Shown one piece after another: positions 44,860 through 58,370 of a stretch of DNA of 64,000 nucleotides. How positions within the stretch are numbered: the stretch's first letter is position 1; every line of letters begins with the position of its first letter. The stretch is from Sminthopsis crassicaudata (Eukaryota), in NCBI RefSeq assembly GCF_048593235.1, contig NC_133622.1, forward strand, positions 244,222,055-244,286,054, in the 5' to 3' direction. Below the pieces are notes generated by a model that worked only from the letters and a program-made list of their open reading frames with translations, searched no databases and was not told the origin of the DNA. The translations under genes and the position numbers were made by a program.

Positions 44860-47800
44860 CTATTCATTTTAACATTTTTATTTAAAATTTTGAATTCTAA
44901 ATTCTATCCCTTCCTTTTCTCCCTTCTCCCTAAAATGGCAAGCAATTTGATATAGGTTATGCATATGCAATTATGTAAAACTTTTCAATATTAGTCATTT
45001 TGTACAAGAAGATGCAAAAGGGAAAAAAAAGAAAGTGAAAAAAATATGCTTCCATCTGTATCTTTACTTCACTATTATATACCAACAAAATTAATAACCA
45101 AGAACAACTACATGAAAACTTATTCAAATCTGAATATAAAATTCTCAGATTATCAGAAAAAAAGAAGTAGAAAATTTTAAAAAACATAATATCAGCTGTC
45201 TCATAGCACATAGTTTTGCACTTTTCTTGGGCAAGTAGTGTGCTTTTTCATTAGTTCGTTGGGATTGTCTTGAATCATTGTATGACTGAGAATAGTCAAG
45301 TTCTTCATCAAAAATACTTCCCTACATATCAGTTCATATAAGTCTTTCCAGTTATTCTGAAATAGCTCTGCATGTTATTTCTTACAGCACAATATTCCAT
45401 GATAATCATACCAGAGGTCCACAATTGATGGGCATCCCTTCAATGTTCAATTCTTAGCCATTACAAAAAGAGCTTCTATAAATATTTTTGCACAAGTAGG
45501 CCCTTTTTTCTTTTCTTTTTTTTGGGATGTCGTCAGAATATAGATTTAGTCTTTTGGGCGTGGTTCTAAATTGCGCTCCAAAATTCTTGGATCAATTAGT
45601 TCACAACTCTACCAACAAAGCTTAAGTGTCCCAGCTTTCCCACATTCCCTCCAATACTCAACATTATAAATTATTAGACAATAGGTGTGATAGGTATGAG
45701 GTGGTAGCACAGAGTTGTTTTGATGAATTTGTTAGTAATAGATAGAAATGCCAAAGATTTTTGTGGCTTTATTTTGTATTTGCCCACTATGTTAAAGTTT
45801 TTTTAATTGATTTCCTAAGATTCTCTATGGACTCCATATCATCTTCAAAAAAATGATAGTTTCGTTTTCTTGTAGTTTATTCTAATTCTTTTAATTCCTC
45901 TTTCTTCTCTTATTAATGTAGCTAACATAATGGACATCCTTGCTTCACCCCTGATTGTATTAGGAAGCTTTCTAGCTTGTCCTCATTATAGATAATGCCC
46001 GTTGATAGTTTTAGAAAAACATCATTTTAAGGTAAACTCCATTTATTACCTCTTTTTAATATTTTCTCTCAATCAATTGGATTTCCTTTTTCTCTCTGTT
46101 CCTCTATATTGGAGTTATTTCTTTTTCTTTTTTTTTTTTAAAGTAATTCCTTAAGTTTCATTTTTTTGTTCCCCTTTCTATTCCCCCCTAAATTTCTACT
46201 TATTTTCATTCCTAAATTTTCTTTCTTTCCTTAATCCCTCTCTCTCTTATTATGAAAGCAAAAAAGTTTAATGCCTATCATGCATATGAAGTCATTCAGA
46301 ACATATTTCTACATTATCAATGTTCCAGAAAAAGATAAAAATAGCAGTAGAAATAAAGGAAAAATATGCTTCAGTTTGCAATATGAGTCTGTCAGTTCTT
46401 TATCTTGTAGGTGGGTAGAATTTTTTATTATGGGTTCTTTGGAGATATGGCAGATTATTGTATTGATCAAAGTTACTCTTTGATAGTTGATTATCTTTTA
46501 ATGCTTTATTAGTGTGTGTATTATTTTCCTGGTTTTTACATTCTTTTGCATCCATTCATATAACTCTCCCATTTCCTTATCAATTTCTTAGAGCACAATA
46601 ATATTCCATTATATTCATATTCTTGCCATTCCTCAATGAACATTCCCTCAGTTTTCAATTCTTTACTACCATATAAAGACATGTTATAAATATTTTGGGC
46701 ATATTGTTTCCTTCCCTTTGATATCTGTGAAGTATAAAGCTAGTAAAGGAAATGTTGAGTCAAAGGGTATCAAATTGTACACAGAGTTATACACAGTACT
46801 CATTGTACACAATTTGATGATTGTTTTGAGCATAATTCCAAATGGTTCTCCAGAATGGTTGGACCAGTTCACATTTGTTCCCTTTGCTATTAAAGGATTT
46901 CTCACTTATTCTCTTCATTATCCATCTTCTCCTTCTTTCTGCTCCAGATTCTTTTCTGCTTCATGACCCTTATAATTATCTATTCTCTCACTGTTGTTTG
47001 TATTCCTCATGTAGGTAACCATTTTGGTCTTTCTCACCTAGACATTTTCTTTCACTGCTTTGTAGAGATCCTTTTTTGGGTTGTGACTCATTCCAAGCAA
47101 AATACCAGTCCTATAGTTGACAAAGGGACATTATTGTTCTATTACAGAATGTGCTCCCATATCCAATCTCAGGTTTTACCATGTGCAACTAGCCTGTATG
47201 CTTCTCCTGGTTACCCACCTTCACCATGTGCCTTCAGATCTCCTCCTTGGATCCATATCTAATGATTTCCCAAGATGCAGTTGTTCTAAGGATTTCCATT
47301 TCTCTTCTTCATGAGAAGGAACAAGTAGTCTTTTGCCCTGATTTCCCCCACACCTTTAATCAACACATGCTTCCCATCTCTCTTTACCAAATTCTTTCCT
47401 TAACTAATAGGATCATTTATCAACAGATTTTCTTCCAAACCTTAAAACAAGGCCATTCTTTTTTATCTCTTTTCAGTGTTTACCTTCTCCTCACTCTTTC
47501 TCCTGCAGACTCTTTTCTTTCTGAGAGACCACAAAGATCAACTTCTTCTTGTTAACCTTCAATTGGACCTGTGTATAAGGCACACACTATTCTATTTTTC
47601 TCTGCTCCTCTCTTTCTTCCAAACACCCTCACATTTTGTAATTTAATTCCTTAAAAGCATTTATATATCTATAAGTAAAGTGTTGTGAATTTCTGTCTAT
47701 AATACACAAGGCCTGCTTCTTGATTTTCCATCCACCTGACTTCCACCTTCACTTTTTCTTCCATATATATATTCCCTACTAATTTCCTTTATCTCATTTT

Positions 47801-48110
47801 CTTTTGTTTTTATTCATTCCTCTTACAATTCAATTATGTGAGATCAAGAAACCTTTTTCCATTCTTTTGAATTTGTTTAATTGATTCTTGATGTCTTACA
47901 GTCATTGACTTCCACTTGCCCAATTCTAACTTTTAAGGGGTTTTCTTCAATGAGTTTTAGTACTTTCTTTTCCATTTAGACAATTGCACTCTTTAAAGAG
48001 TTGTTTTCTTCAGTGAATTTTTTGTGTCTCCTTTTCTATTTGGACAATTCAAATTTCTAAGCAGTTATGTTATTCACAGCTAGATGTCATTTCTCCTATT
48101 CATCCAATCA
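44860..48110 (-). mobile_element. Nest of several old L1 fragments
   Basis: Two 3'UTR/ORF2-end pieces (44860-45720, 46230-46900; ORF 46684-46905 LIPFDSTFPLLALY), an internal ORF2 piece and ORF1-like antisense repeats (47900-48080). Confidence 0.7.
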
Positions 48111-48880
48111 GTGAGGGAAAGGGAGGGGANNNNNNNNNNNNNNNNNNNNNNNNNNNNNNNNNNNNNNNNNNNNNNNNNNNNNNNNNNNNNNNNNNNNNNN
48201 NNNNNNNNNNNNNNNNNNNNNNNNNNNNNNNNNNNNNNNNNNNNNNNNNNNNNNNNNNNNNNNNNNNNNNNNNNNNNNNNNNAAAAGTAGTTCCATTTTA
48301 AGCTTGGTTCAAATTGGAATTATCTTCTAAATATATATTAATATGCTTATTTCATATTTCTTTGGGGATATACTAAAGAAGGAAGCATATAAATTATTAT
48401 CCCAAATGGATGGGCCAAGAGAATTATGAATTATTGTTGGGATATCTATGCTTCTAAATAGGAAGGCAGAACTCAAGTAGTACATATGAGATAGCTGGTG
48501 CTTTCATTCCCTGTGCCATTAGTGAGCTGGCATGGAAAGCTACAAGTGCCACTTGGTGGCTTCTATAGGTATAACACCTTGAGCAGTGGCTGGAAGGGAT
48601 ATCATTTAATGCAGCGCATATGGGATTATCANNNNNNNNNNNNNNNNNNNNNNNNNNNNNNNNNNNNNNNNNNNNNNNNNNNNNNNNNNNNNNNNNNNNN
48701 NNNNNNNNNNNNNNNNNNNNNNNNNNNNNNNNNNNNNNNNNNNNNNNNNNNNNNNNNNNNNNNNNNNNNNNNNNNNNNNNNTTAAAAATTTTGTTCAGAG
48801 GCTTCATTTACAAAGACAAATGAATTGACTACATCTGAATAGTTAGGCAATTTTTTTCATCTTGCTCTTTATCTTGCTGA

Positions 48881-48914
48881 TAATTGAAATGCCGTTCCCT
48901 TGAGACCCTAATTG
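48881..48914. promoter_or_regulatory. Candidate homeodomain-O/E-homeodomain (Lhx2/EBF-type) motif cluster
   Basis: TAATTG (48881-48886), TTCCCTTGAGA (48895-48905), TAATTG (48909-48914). Motif match only. Confidence 0.35.
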
Positions 48915-50371
48915 TCTCTGTTACAAAGCAAAAAAAAAAAGTAGTAGATCTATGGGAGTTAATGTGCATGTTTGAGTGTCAGTATGAGCAGTAAGTTCAT
49001 AGAATTATCCATATGTATTTCTGGGTCAATTCCGGGGCAATTGCAAGGGGATATTTCTTCTTGTGGGAACCCTATAGAGCTAATGATATATAGGGTATAT
49101 GAATGTATTTAAATGTGGATCCCTCAGTCAGTGACTGGTGCAAAATCTAGCTTTGTGGGACCCTTGAGAGTTGGGCTCTTACAGATTACAAAGATGAATG
49201 AATATAATCAAGATATTTCTGGAGGCAAGCAAGATCTTTCTGTGGAACAATTGAGAGCCCTGGGTTAGAAGCCGTTCTCTGTACTGGCACTGTTATCTAG
49301 GTTGTCACATGGTTGAAGTCATGATATTCTGCAAAAGAAGGGAGAACCCAGTGAGAAAGCAATGGATCCAGAAACTAAATGAGACACAACATAAGTGACC
49401 ATAGCTTACCTTTGTGTATGCTCTATTCTTAAAGACCTATATGCATTTAAATTATTTTACTCTTATTATTTTATTAATAAAAATACATTAAGATGCTTCA
49501 ATTTCATGATCATGAGTACCTCTTTGACTTGTGTAGATTTCACCTCTTTATAATCTAGTATATATTCTTCAAGAATCATAACTGTTAGGTCAACCTGATC
49601 ATGAGTCTTTCCTGAGTTAACTAGACAAATCAATTAGTTAAAGAGTATTTATTAAGGATTTGGATTAAGCACCAGAGATCATTGTGGTCCATTGGATGGA
49701 ATTCCATTCAGACAATCCATTCCGGGCAAGCGGAAGCCAATGACTCTATCCAATCCATTCATTAGACTAATACTTGAAGCCTTTCTACCCTGATAAGACA
49801 TGCCCAGATTTCTTTGGTTATGGGAACTCATAAAAAAATAACATGATACTGAGTCCAGGGATAGATTTGTCTTTATTTAATAATAATAATTGCTTGTATT
49901 GATATGGCATTTTAAGGTTTACAAAGCATTTGACAAATATTATCACATGCTTTCCTTACAAAAGTCCTGGGAGACAGGTGCAATTATTATTCTCACTTAT
50001 AAGTGAGGAAACTGAGGTTGAGAGCTTGAGTGACTGATCCAGAGTCACACACTATAACAAACTATGATCAAGGTTCATGACAATGGGATCACTATTTTCT
50101 AACTCAAATGCTATCTCCAAAATGAAGTAAAAATTCCCACATCTATGTAAAAAATGTCATTTTGCATAGTTAGTCTATCACTTTTCTGTAATCAGTAGAT
50201 AGATGCTTTATCATTGGTCATTAGGAGGATATTCATAGTATGGGATCCCTGCTTAATAGAGATAGGAAAATCTTTTGAAAGATGGGTTGGGGGGGTCCCT
50301 AAACAGAAGAGAGTCTAGCAGACCAATGCTAAAATTTTAGGGAATGCCCTCTACTCTTGACTTTAGTTTTG

Positions 50372-50407
<36 letters not shown>

Positions 50408-50486
50408 ATTTATGAGTTTGTTAAAGTTGGAAAGTCTTGGTGAGAAACTTCCTTTACTAGGGCAGATCAGCCTCAACTCTCTAGTT

Positions 50487-50712
50487 CAGGGGTTCTTAAA
50501 CTATGGCCCGTGGGCCAAATGTGGCCTGCTGAGGATGTTTACACAGCCCACTGGGTTATGGCAAATGGGCTGAGGGGCGGAGACAGAGCGTGAGCTTTTG
50601 TTTTTACTATAGTCCAGCGCTCCAACAATCTGAGGGACAATGAACTGGCCCTTCTTTAAAAAGTTTGAGGAACAGTGACCTGGCCCTTATTTAAAAAGTT
50701 TGAGGACCACTG
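50487..50712 (+). mobile_element. OC1 (OposCharlie1)-like non-autonomous hAT MITE
   Basis: caggggttcttaaactatggcccgtgggcc...tatagtccagcgctccaacaatctgagggac...aaaaagtttgaggaccactg. Near-TSD ctctagtt (50479-50486)/gtctagtt (50714-50721). Family assignment is from recalled consensus termini. Confidence 0.75.
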
Positions 50713-51739
50713 TGTCTAGTTTATGATTTTAGAAAGTAGCCTGGGACTCTGGGAAGTAAACTAACTTATCCAGGGCCACACAGTTAGTATATGTCAGAAG
50801 CAGGAATTCCCAACTGCAAAGCCAATTCTATCTACTATGGCAAGCAGTAGGCCATTGCTTTATTGCAAATAGAAACTAAACACGTGGGTTGTCCAACCTG
50901 CTTATTTTATATTTCCTGGGACTGGTTGGAGGTAGTGACAAAAATAGGAAAATATAAGTAGAGGATAAACTAAGGTAATTATGACTGCAATCAAGCTCTA
51001 ACATCAACAATAATACTACAATGGTTCTGCCTCCAGAATCCTCCTATGGAGGGATTATTATAACCCCCTCCTCAAGACATAGGTCCAAAGATGACAAGGC
51101 CTCTTGAACACATTCTATTTAGGCTCTTCTCAGTGGCATGGGCAGGATTGTTCAGTCATGTCTGACTCTTTGTGACCTTCTTTGAGGTTTTCTTGGCAAA
51201 GATCCTGGAGTAGTTGGCCATTTCCATCTCCAACTCATTTTACCGATGAGGAAACTGAGGCAAATAGGAGCAACTTACCCAGGACCACACAACTAAGAAG
51301 TATCTGAAGCTAGTTTTGTGCTATCCACTGCACCATTTAGTTGCCCCAAGTAAAGGATAAAAGGTTGAATTTAAAGGACCTGAGTTTAAATTTCAGTTTC
51401 CTGTGCAGCTTTTGGCAAGTCAATTAACTTCTACACGTGTCAATTTTCTCAGCTATAAAATAAATGAATTGGCCTAGAAGGCCTTTAAGAGTCTAATTCT
51501 AAGCCTATTATCTTAGTTAACTGTAGATCACCTATATTTCTAATGAGGGGGATAAACTCTTTGAAATAGCTTGCACATTTGTCCTTTTCTGGGATAGTTC
51601 TATAGTTAACAAGAATGGTGTGTTTAGTATTTCAGAGAAGCAAACAACAAATTTAAGAGACAACATACAAAGTATGTTTTAATTATGCTTTTTTAAAGTT
51701 TCACTGTCTTAACAACCATAAGGTTTCCACCTTGCTCCT

Positions 51740-52702
51740 TCATGGAGTTTCAGAGGTTCCTTTGCGGCTCACAGATTTTTTGAGAGCACCTTTGACATCC
51801 TTGTTCCGTAGTGTGTAAATGAGAGGGTTTAGCAAGGGAGTAACAAAAGTATAGACCAAGGCAATCTGTCGATCCTCATCCTCTGAGGTGCTGGACCTGG
51901 GGCGTAAATAGACAAGGCTACAGCAGCCATATTGCAGCAGCACCACAGTGAGATGGGAAGAGCAAGTGGAGAAGGCTCGGCGGCGGCCCTCAGCTGAGCG
52001 GATACGCAAGATGGTGGTGGTGATGAAGACGTAAGAGATGCAGATGAGCAGGAATGGGACAGTCAGAACAAGGATTCCTACCACATAGAGGACAGCCTGA
52101 TGAATTTTGGTATCAGCACAGGCCAGGCGTAGGACAGGTGGCACATCACAAAGGAAGTGGTTGATCTCCCGGTGGTGACCACAGAAGGGCAGGGTGAAAA
52201 TCAGTGCTGTCAGCTGGAGGGAGAGAAAGACAGCCAGACCCAGGGAGCCGACCACCATCTGGGTACAAAGCTTCTGAGTCATGATGAGGCTGTAGTGCAA
52301 AGGATGACAAATGGCCACATAGCGATCATACGCCATGACAGCCAATAGAAAACAGTCAGTACTGCCAAGGGTGACAAAAAAGAACATCTGAGCCCCACAG
52401 CCAGCCAATGGGATGGGTTTCTGGGCTCCAACGATGTTGGAGAGCATCAATGGTACCACAGTAGTGGTGTAACAGATCTCCAGGAAGGAGAGGTTGGACA
52501 GGAAGAAGTACATGGGGGTACGGAGGGAAGTATGGGTGCATACAACCCAGATGATAGCAGTGTTCCCACAGAGTATCATCACATAGAGGAGGAAAAAGAG
52601 AAGGAAGAGAAGGGCCTGGATTCGGGGGGAAGTAGTGAACATCCGGAATACAAATTCAGTAGGGCCAGATTGATTGAGAAGGATAAAGTTGGGTAGAACC
52701 AT
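51740..52702 (-). CDS. OR10Q1: Olfactory receptor, OR10Q1-like, intact (320 aa)
   Basis: NQS site, [82 protein letters not shown]. Very close to my recall of human OR10Q1. Confidence 0.93.
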   Translation of the reverse strand: MVLPNFILLNQSGPTEFVFRMFTTSPRIQALLFLLFFLLYVMILCGNTAIIWVVCTHTSLRTPMYFFLSNLSFLEICYTTTVVPLMLSNIVGAQKPIPLAGCGAQMFFFVTLGSTDCFLLAVMAYDRYVAICHPLHYSLIMTQKLCTQMVVGSLGLAVFLSLQLTALIFTLPFCGHHREINHFLCDVPPVLRLACADTKIHQAVLYVVGILVLTVPFLLICISYVFITTTILRIRSAEGRRRAFSTCSSHLTVVLLQYGCCSLVYLRPRSSTSEDEDRQIALVYTFVTPLLNPLIYTLRNKDVKGALKKSVSRKGTSETP

Positions 52703-53086
52703 CTTACCTGCTAAAGAAAAGTATAAAGGATGAGTTACTGATTTATCTAAATAAAATCAGAATCCAAAATGTCATTTTTATTGTTGCTCAGAATACATCA
52801 CAATAAAAGTTGATTTACGTGAGGAGTTCTTTCTCTGTCCCTTCGGTAGGATGATAGGAACTGATTCTCCCTTACTACACCTGCCTCTACATCCTGGGGT
52901 CATCTCAGGCCATCACTACTTGATGTTCCTATACCTCCTCCTCCTCCCTTTTCTTCCATGAAAGTAGAGTCTCTTTATTCAAAGTGACTTGTTGGTTTGG
53001 AGACAAAATCTTATACAAGCATAGATCTCATTTCCAAGTGGCTTTTTTTCTTAGCAAAATTATAAAGCTTAAAAATGTAGACAACT

Positions 53087-53212
53087 GGGGGCAGCTAGGA
53101 GAGAGCACCAGCCTTGAATTCAGGAGGACCCGAGTTCAAATCTGGTCTCAGACACTTAACACTTCCTAGCTGTGTGACCCTGGGCAAGTCACTTAACCTC
53201 AGCCTCCAAAAA
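53087..53212 (+). mobile_element. WSINE1-like SINE
   Basis: TSD aaaaatgtaga(c/t)aact (53071-53086/53213-53228). Confidence 0.9.
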
Positions 53213-55001
53213 AAAAATGTAGATAACTAATAAAATCAATAATTAATAATAAAATCAATCTCAAATTATTTTAATAACCAGTCTAGAAATCTGGTTTTCC
53301 AGTCCTGTTATATTCAACTATTTGTCTTTTTCTTGATCTCTATAGAAAAGATGCTAATTCAGGATACAATGTAATTAACTTTCCTTCATCCAGAAAGAAC
53401 AGTCATTAAGACATAAACACATGGAAAAAAATTAAAAGAGCAAAGAAACTGTGGTAAACAGTGATCCAAAGTTGCATGTGGCAATGAAACAGAAAGAGCA
53501 GGAACAGAAGGGGGAATTCAGTAGCATTCTGGAGGCTGGCCGAGTTCTTTCACTCCCTGCTGGGTTTATCTTAAGACGATTCCTAGGAAGCTGAAGGAAA
53601 AATGGTTGAAGCCAAGTCAGCTTCATGGAAAGTGTGCTTCTTTTCTGATGCTGTTTGTCACTCATTAGTATTTCTCTTTGTCTCCCCCCCCCACTATCTC
53701 TGATTCTTTCATGTCTCCCACAGAAATACTTTAAAAATTCATTACAATAGAAAACAAAAATAAAATGTTATACCCCGATTTCAGTCTCATTGATGGTTTC
53801 ATTATTTCACTCTTTGGAAAAGCTACAACTTTCATTGCAATTGGATTAGCTAATTAATGCCCACATCAAGGCAATCGGTCCACTCTTTGTCTGAATCACT
53901 ATTATGTTAAGATGAAAGCATACCATTTCAGACTTCAATGTTCAGTTAAAATCATCTTGATGCAATCATTTCATCTCACTGGGTCTTTATCTATATGAGA
54001 AAGTGCTTGAATTAGATGCCTTCCCTAATTTGTTCTAGTTCTAACAATCTATGTCGTATTTACTAAAGTTCCTTAAAGCTTGGAGATTCAAAATTCAAAG
54101 CTGTAAGTTTATTCCAGATCGGATGTAAATCATTGTTCTACTCTAATATTTTATATAGCAAAGTTCTTGGTTCTGAATACCTCTGTTCAAAGATATATCC
54201 TGGTTCTGATGTTCTGTATTTTATGTTCTAAAGTCCTTTCTAATACTGATGATGTATGTTAATTCCCTTGGAAGCATGAGATTATGTTCTAAATCTGAAA
54301 CTTGAGTTAGGTCCTCTCTGTCAGAGGTTTTACTCCGGCATAGTAGGATTACATGCTTACCACATATAAATATATAATTCTAGATAAATAACTATAATGT
54401 AAGCTCCAAACCTGAAAAAAGGGAGGAAAATATGAAAGAGAAAAAAGAAGAGGAGGAAAAAGAGAAGAAAGAGAATTAGGAAGAAAAGACAAGAAGGAGA
54501 AGAATAATAAGAAAAAAGGAGGAAGAGGAGGGAATAGAAAGAAAAGGATGGGAAGGAAGAGGAAAAGAAGAGGAGGAGAAGTATGTCAACAATAATGATG
54601 ATGAAAGTAATTAGTAAGTGGATAATGGCAGGAGAAGATGGAAGACAGGATAAAAAGAAAAAAAAGAACTAAGAGAAGATAGATGAAAAGAACAAAAGAA
54701 AGATAGTTATTTCAACTAATATTGATTATATACCAACCTAAGTCACAAACTTTTTTTTAAGTCTCTGAAAGCCATAAATAAATTGAAAATATCATAGAAC
54801 CTCAGAGTTAGAAGGCCTTTGAAATCATTGAATTTGACCTGTTTATGAATGTTTCCATTCTACAACTTACTTATCAGGTGATTCTTGAACCTTTTGTGAA
54901 GGACTCTAACAAGGAATAAACCACTACCTTCAGAGGCTATGTACTCTTTTCTTTAGGATAGCTCTAATAATAAGAAAAGATTTTAAAAAATATTTCCCAT
55001 G

Positions 55002-55817
55002 GGATGTGGGAAAACTGGGACACTAATACATTGTTGGAGGAGTTGTGAAAGAATCCAGCCATTCTGGAGAGCAATTTGGAACTATGCCCAAAAAGTTATC
55101 AAACTGTGCATACCCTTTGACCCAGCAGCGCTACTACTGGGCTTATATCCTAAAGAAATACTAAAGAGCGGAAAGAGACCTATATGTGCCAAAATGTTTG
55201 TGGCAGCTCTTTTTGTTGTAGCTAGAAACTGGAAGATGAATGGATGTCCATCAGTTGGATAATGGTTGGGTAAATTATGGTATATGAAGGTTATGGAATA
55301 TTATTGCTCTGTAAGAAATGACCAGCAGGAGGAATACAGAGAGGCTTGGAGAGACTTACATCAACTGATGCTGAGTGAAATGAGCAGAACCAGAAGATCA
55401 CTGTACACTTCAACAACAATTCTGTATGAGGATGTATTCTGATGGAAGTGGAAATCTTCAACATAAAGAAGATCCAACTCACTTCCAGTTGATCAATGAT
55501 GGACAGAAACAACTACACCCAGAGAAGGAACACTGGGAAGTGAATGTAAATTGTTAGCACTAATATCTGTCTGCCCAGGTTACTTACACCTTCAGAATCT
55601 AATACTTAATGTGCAACAAGAAAATGGTATTTACACACATATATTGTATCTGGGTTATATTGTAAAACATGTAAAATGTATGGGATTGCCTGTCATCGGG
55701 GGGAGGGAGTGGAGGGAGGGGGGGATAATTTGGAAAAATGAATACAAGGGATAATATTATTAAAAAAATTACTCATGCATATATACTGTGGAAAAAATTC
55801 TAAAAAAAAAAAGCTAA
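55002..55817 (+). mobile_element. Young 5'-truncated L1 with TSD
   Basis: ORF2p C-terminus GCGKTGTLIHCWRSCERIQPFWRAIWNY, G-rich 3'UTR, A-tail. 17-bp TSD aaaaaatatttcccatg (54985-55001/55818-55834). Confidence 0.95.
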
Positions 55818-56929
55818 AAAAAATATTTCCCATGTTTAGCACAGTGCCTGACACATAATAGATACATGTTTATTGACTATTGGTTAGTCTGTGATATATT
55901 TCTTTCTTTCCATGTAGACTCTAAGAATGATGAGCAAAACCAAAACTTGTTAGAAACTTGCCATTTCTCTTTTGAATGAGACCAAACACATTTAAGCAAA
56001 TTAACCTGATTATCTTGGAATAGGTTTGTAAATCACACCCAGGAGAAACGGAGGCAGTGCTAATATTCCCACAACGCATAAAATCTTTTTTTCATGTATA
56101 GGACAAAAAAAATGAAGAAGAAATGACTGAAGGTGCCTGAATATCTGACTTCAAGTATTTTAATTGCTTTCATGTAGGAAAAAAATTAAGCTTATTTAGG
56201 TTGGTCCCAGTAAGAAGAACTAGGGATCAGTAGGGGAAAGTACAGAAAAACTTCCTTGAGCATGGCAAAAGGAAAACGTTGCTGATAACTGGAGCCATCC
56301 CAGAATGCAATGAGCTGCTTCCAGCTCATTGATCATTTGTCATTTGTCAAGAAACATGATAGAGAATATTCCTATTCCAGTAGGAGCTGGACAAGATGAC
56401 CCTGAGAGTCTCTTCCAATATGGATATGTTGAGATTCTATCAACTAACAGAATATCTTGATCTCTTAAATAAATCCTAGAACATCCATGCGATCATAGAC
56501 AGGGGTAGCAAAGTCCTCAGAGATTAATTAATCTTCCCCTAGAAGATGAGGAAACTGAAGCTTTGTAGAGAAAACTGAGGCTCATAAAGATATAATGTTT
56601 GAGGTCACATAGCTCCTAAATAACTTAGTCAACATTCAAACCCAGCTCTTCTGCCACTCAGTCTAGTACTTTCTGTACTAGAAGTGCCCTTGCATTCTCC
56701 TTAGGTGTGTGATTGGGAAATCAGCATCTCTTATAGAGAATACATGAGAACTGAAAGGACACATATTAGTGTCCCCTAACCAGAGAGAAATTAGGAGACA
56801 GTAAGCGAAAAAAGACTTTCTCTAGAAATGTTTCTTGGATAAACTTTAAATTCATATTATCTAACCCTATCTGGACTCTCATGGCAGCAAGCCAAGCCTT
56901 TTTTCTGCTTTCTTATCTTGTTTCCCAGA

Positions 56930-58370
56930 AAAGCATTTCTCAGCATCTTCTCCTCTCCTCCAATCTCACACATTTCCTCTCTTCTCATCGTTGTGGATCT
57001 GTATATTGCTTTTTTTTTTTAAATTGAAATTAATCATCCATTGTGAGTTCTCTCTTTTCTCTTTTCATCTTAAAACTTCTTCAAATTCTCTTTATTTTCA
57101 CCAGAATCTGATAAAGAGGTAACTCATTGTTTTTGACAAGATAAATTCCACCATATATCTTCTTGATCCCAGCTTCTCCTATCTTTCCCAGAAGATTACA
57201 ACCTCAATAATCTCTTAATGATTTTCAGCTCCTCCTTATCGCTTTGCTCCTTTCCTCTAGTCTTTTAACATATGTAACTCTCCCCTATATTAAAAAAATC
57301 ATTAGACTTCACCACTCTCTTCAGCAATTGTCCCATTTCTCACCCCACTTCCTCAACTATTCTCCTCCTAGAATAAACTATATACACTCACTATTTCAAT
57401 TGCTTCTTTTTTTCAATCACTTCTCAATCCTTTGCACTCTGGTTTCCAACCTCATTACTCAGCTGTAACTGCTCTCTACAAAGTTACCAAAAATCTCTTA
57501 ATTGATAAATCTGGTGGTCTTTTTTTTTTAGTTCACAGCATTCTCCAACTAGCTGCTGAATCTAAACCTTTTGAATACCCTCTTCTCCTTGATACTTGTT
57601 TCTCTCTAGGTTTTTTTAAACACCACTCTCTCTTACCTCTTTAATTACTCCTTTTTAATTTCTTTTGCTTATCCATCATCCTGGTCATTCCCCCTACTTG
57701 GGAGTGTCACTCAAAGTTCTTTGCCAGGTTCCTTTACTCTTCTCTTTCTGCATGCTCTATTTTTGAATTCATCAACTCATACATTTTTAAATGCTCATTC
57801 TATTCTCAGATGCGGATATATAGCTCCAATCTCTTTCTGACTTTAAGTCTTGCATTACCAATTGCCTATTGGGCATTAAAAATGTATGTCAGAAAATGTC
57901 AAATTCAATATACTCAAAACAGACTCATCTTTCCCCATAACTCATCCCTCTTCCAAACTTGCTTATATTCATTGAGATTATTTCTGCTTTCCAGATTCAT
58001 AATCTTAGTGTCATCCTCTATTCCTTACTCTCCTTCTTCATTATCTCCCATATTCAATTACTTGCCAAATCTTGCTATTTCTACTTCCCCAATATCTCTT
58101 GCCATTTTTTCCTACTCAGATGGTAATTGCTACAGTTGCCTAAGTATAGTCTTTCATCCCAAATAGCCTAGATTAGTGTATCACTCTCTTGGCTAGTTTT
58201 TCTGTCTTCAGTCTTTCTACATTTCAGGCCCTCATCCATGATACTTGAAAGCAATTTTTCTTAAGTACAGATCTAACTGTGTCAGTTCCCTACTATACTA
58301 ACTCCAGTGGCTTCCAATTGGCTCTAGCATAAAATACATCTTTGTCTTTAGCTTTTAAAGCCTTTCTCAA
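56930..58370 (+). mobile_element. Ancient L2 LINE (RT region)
   Basis: ORF 57432-57644 SGFQPHYSAVTALYKVTKNLLIDKS resembles L2 RT SGFxPxHSTETALxKVTNDLLxAKS. Boundaries approximate. Confidence 0.7.
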
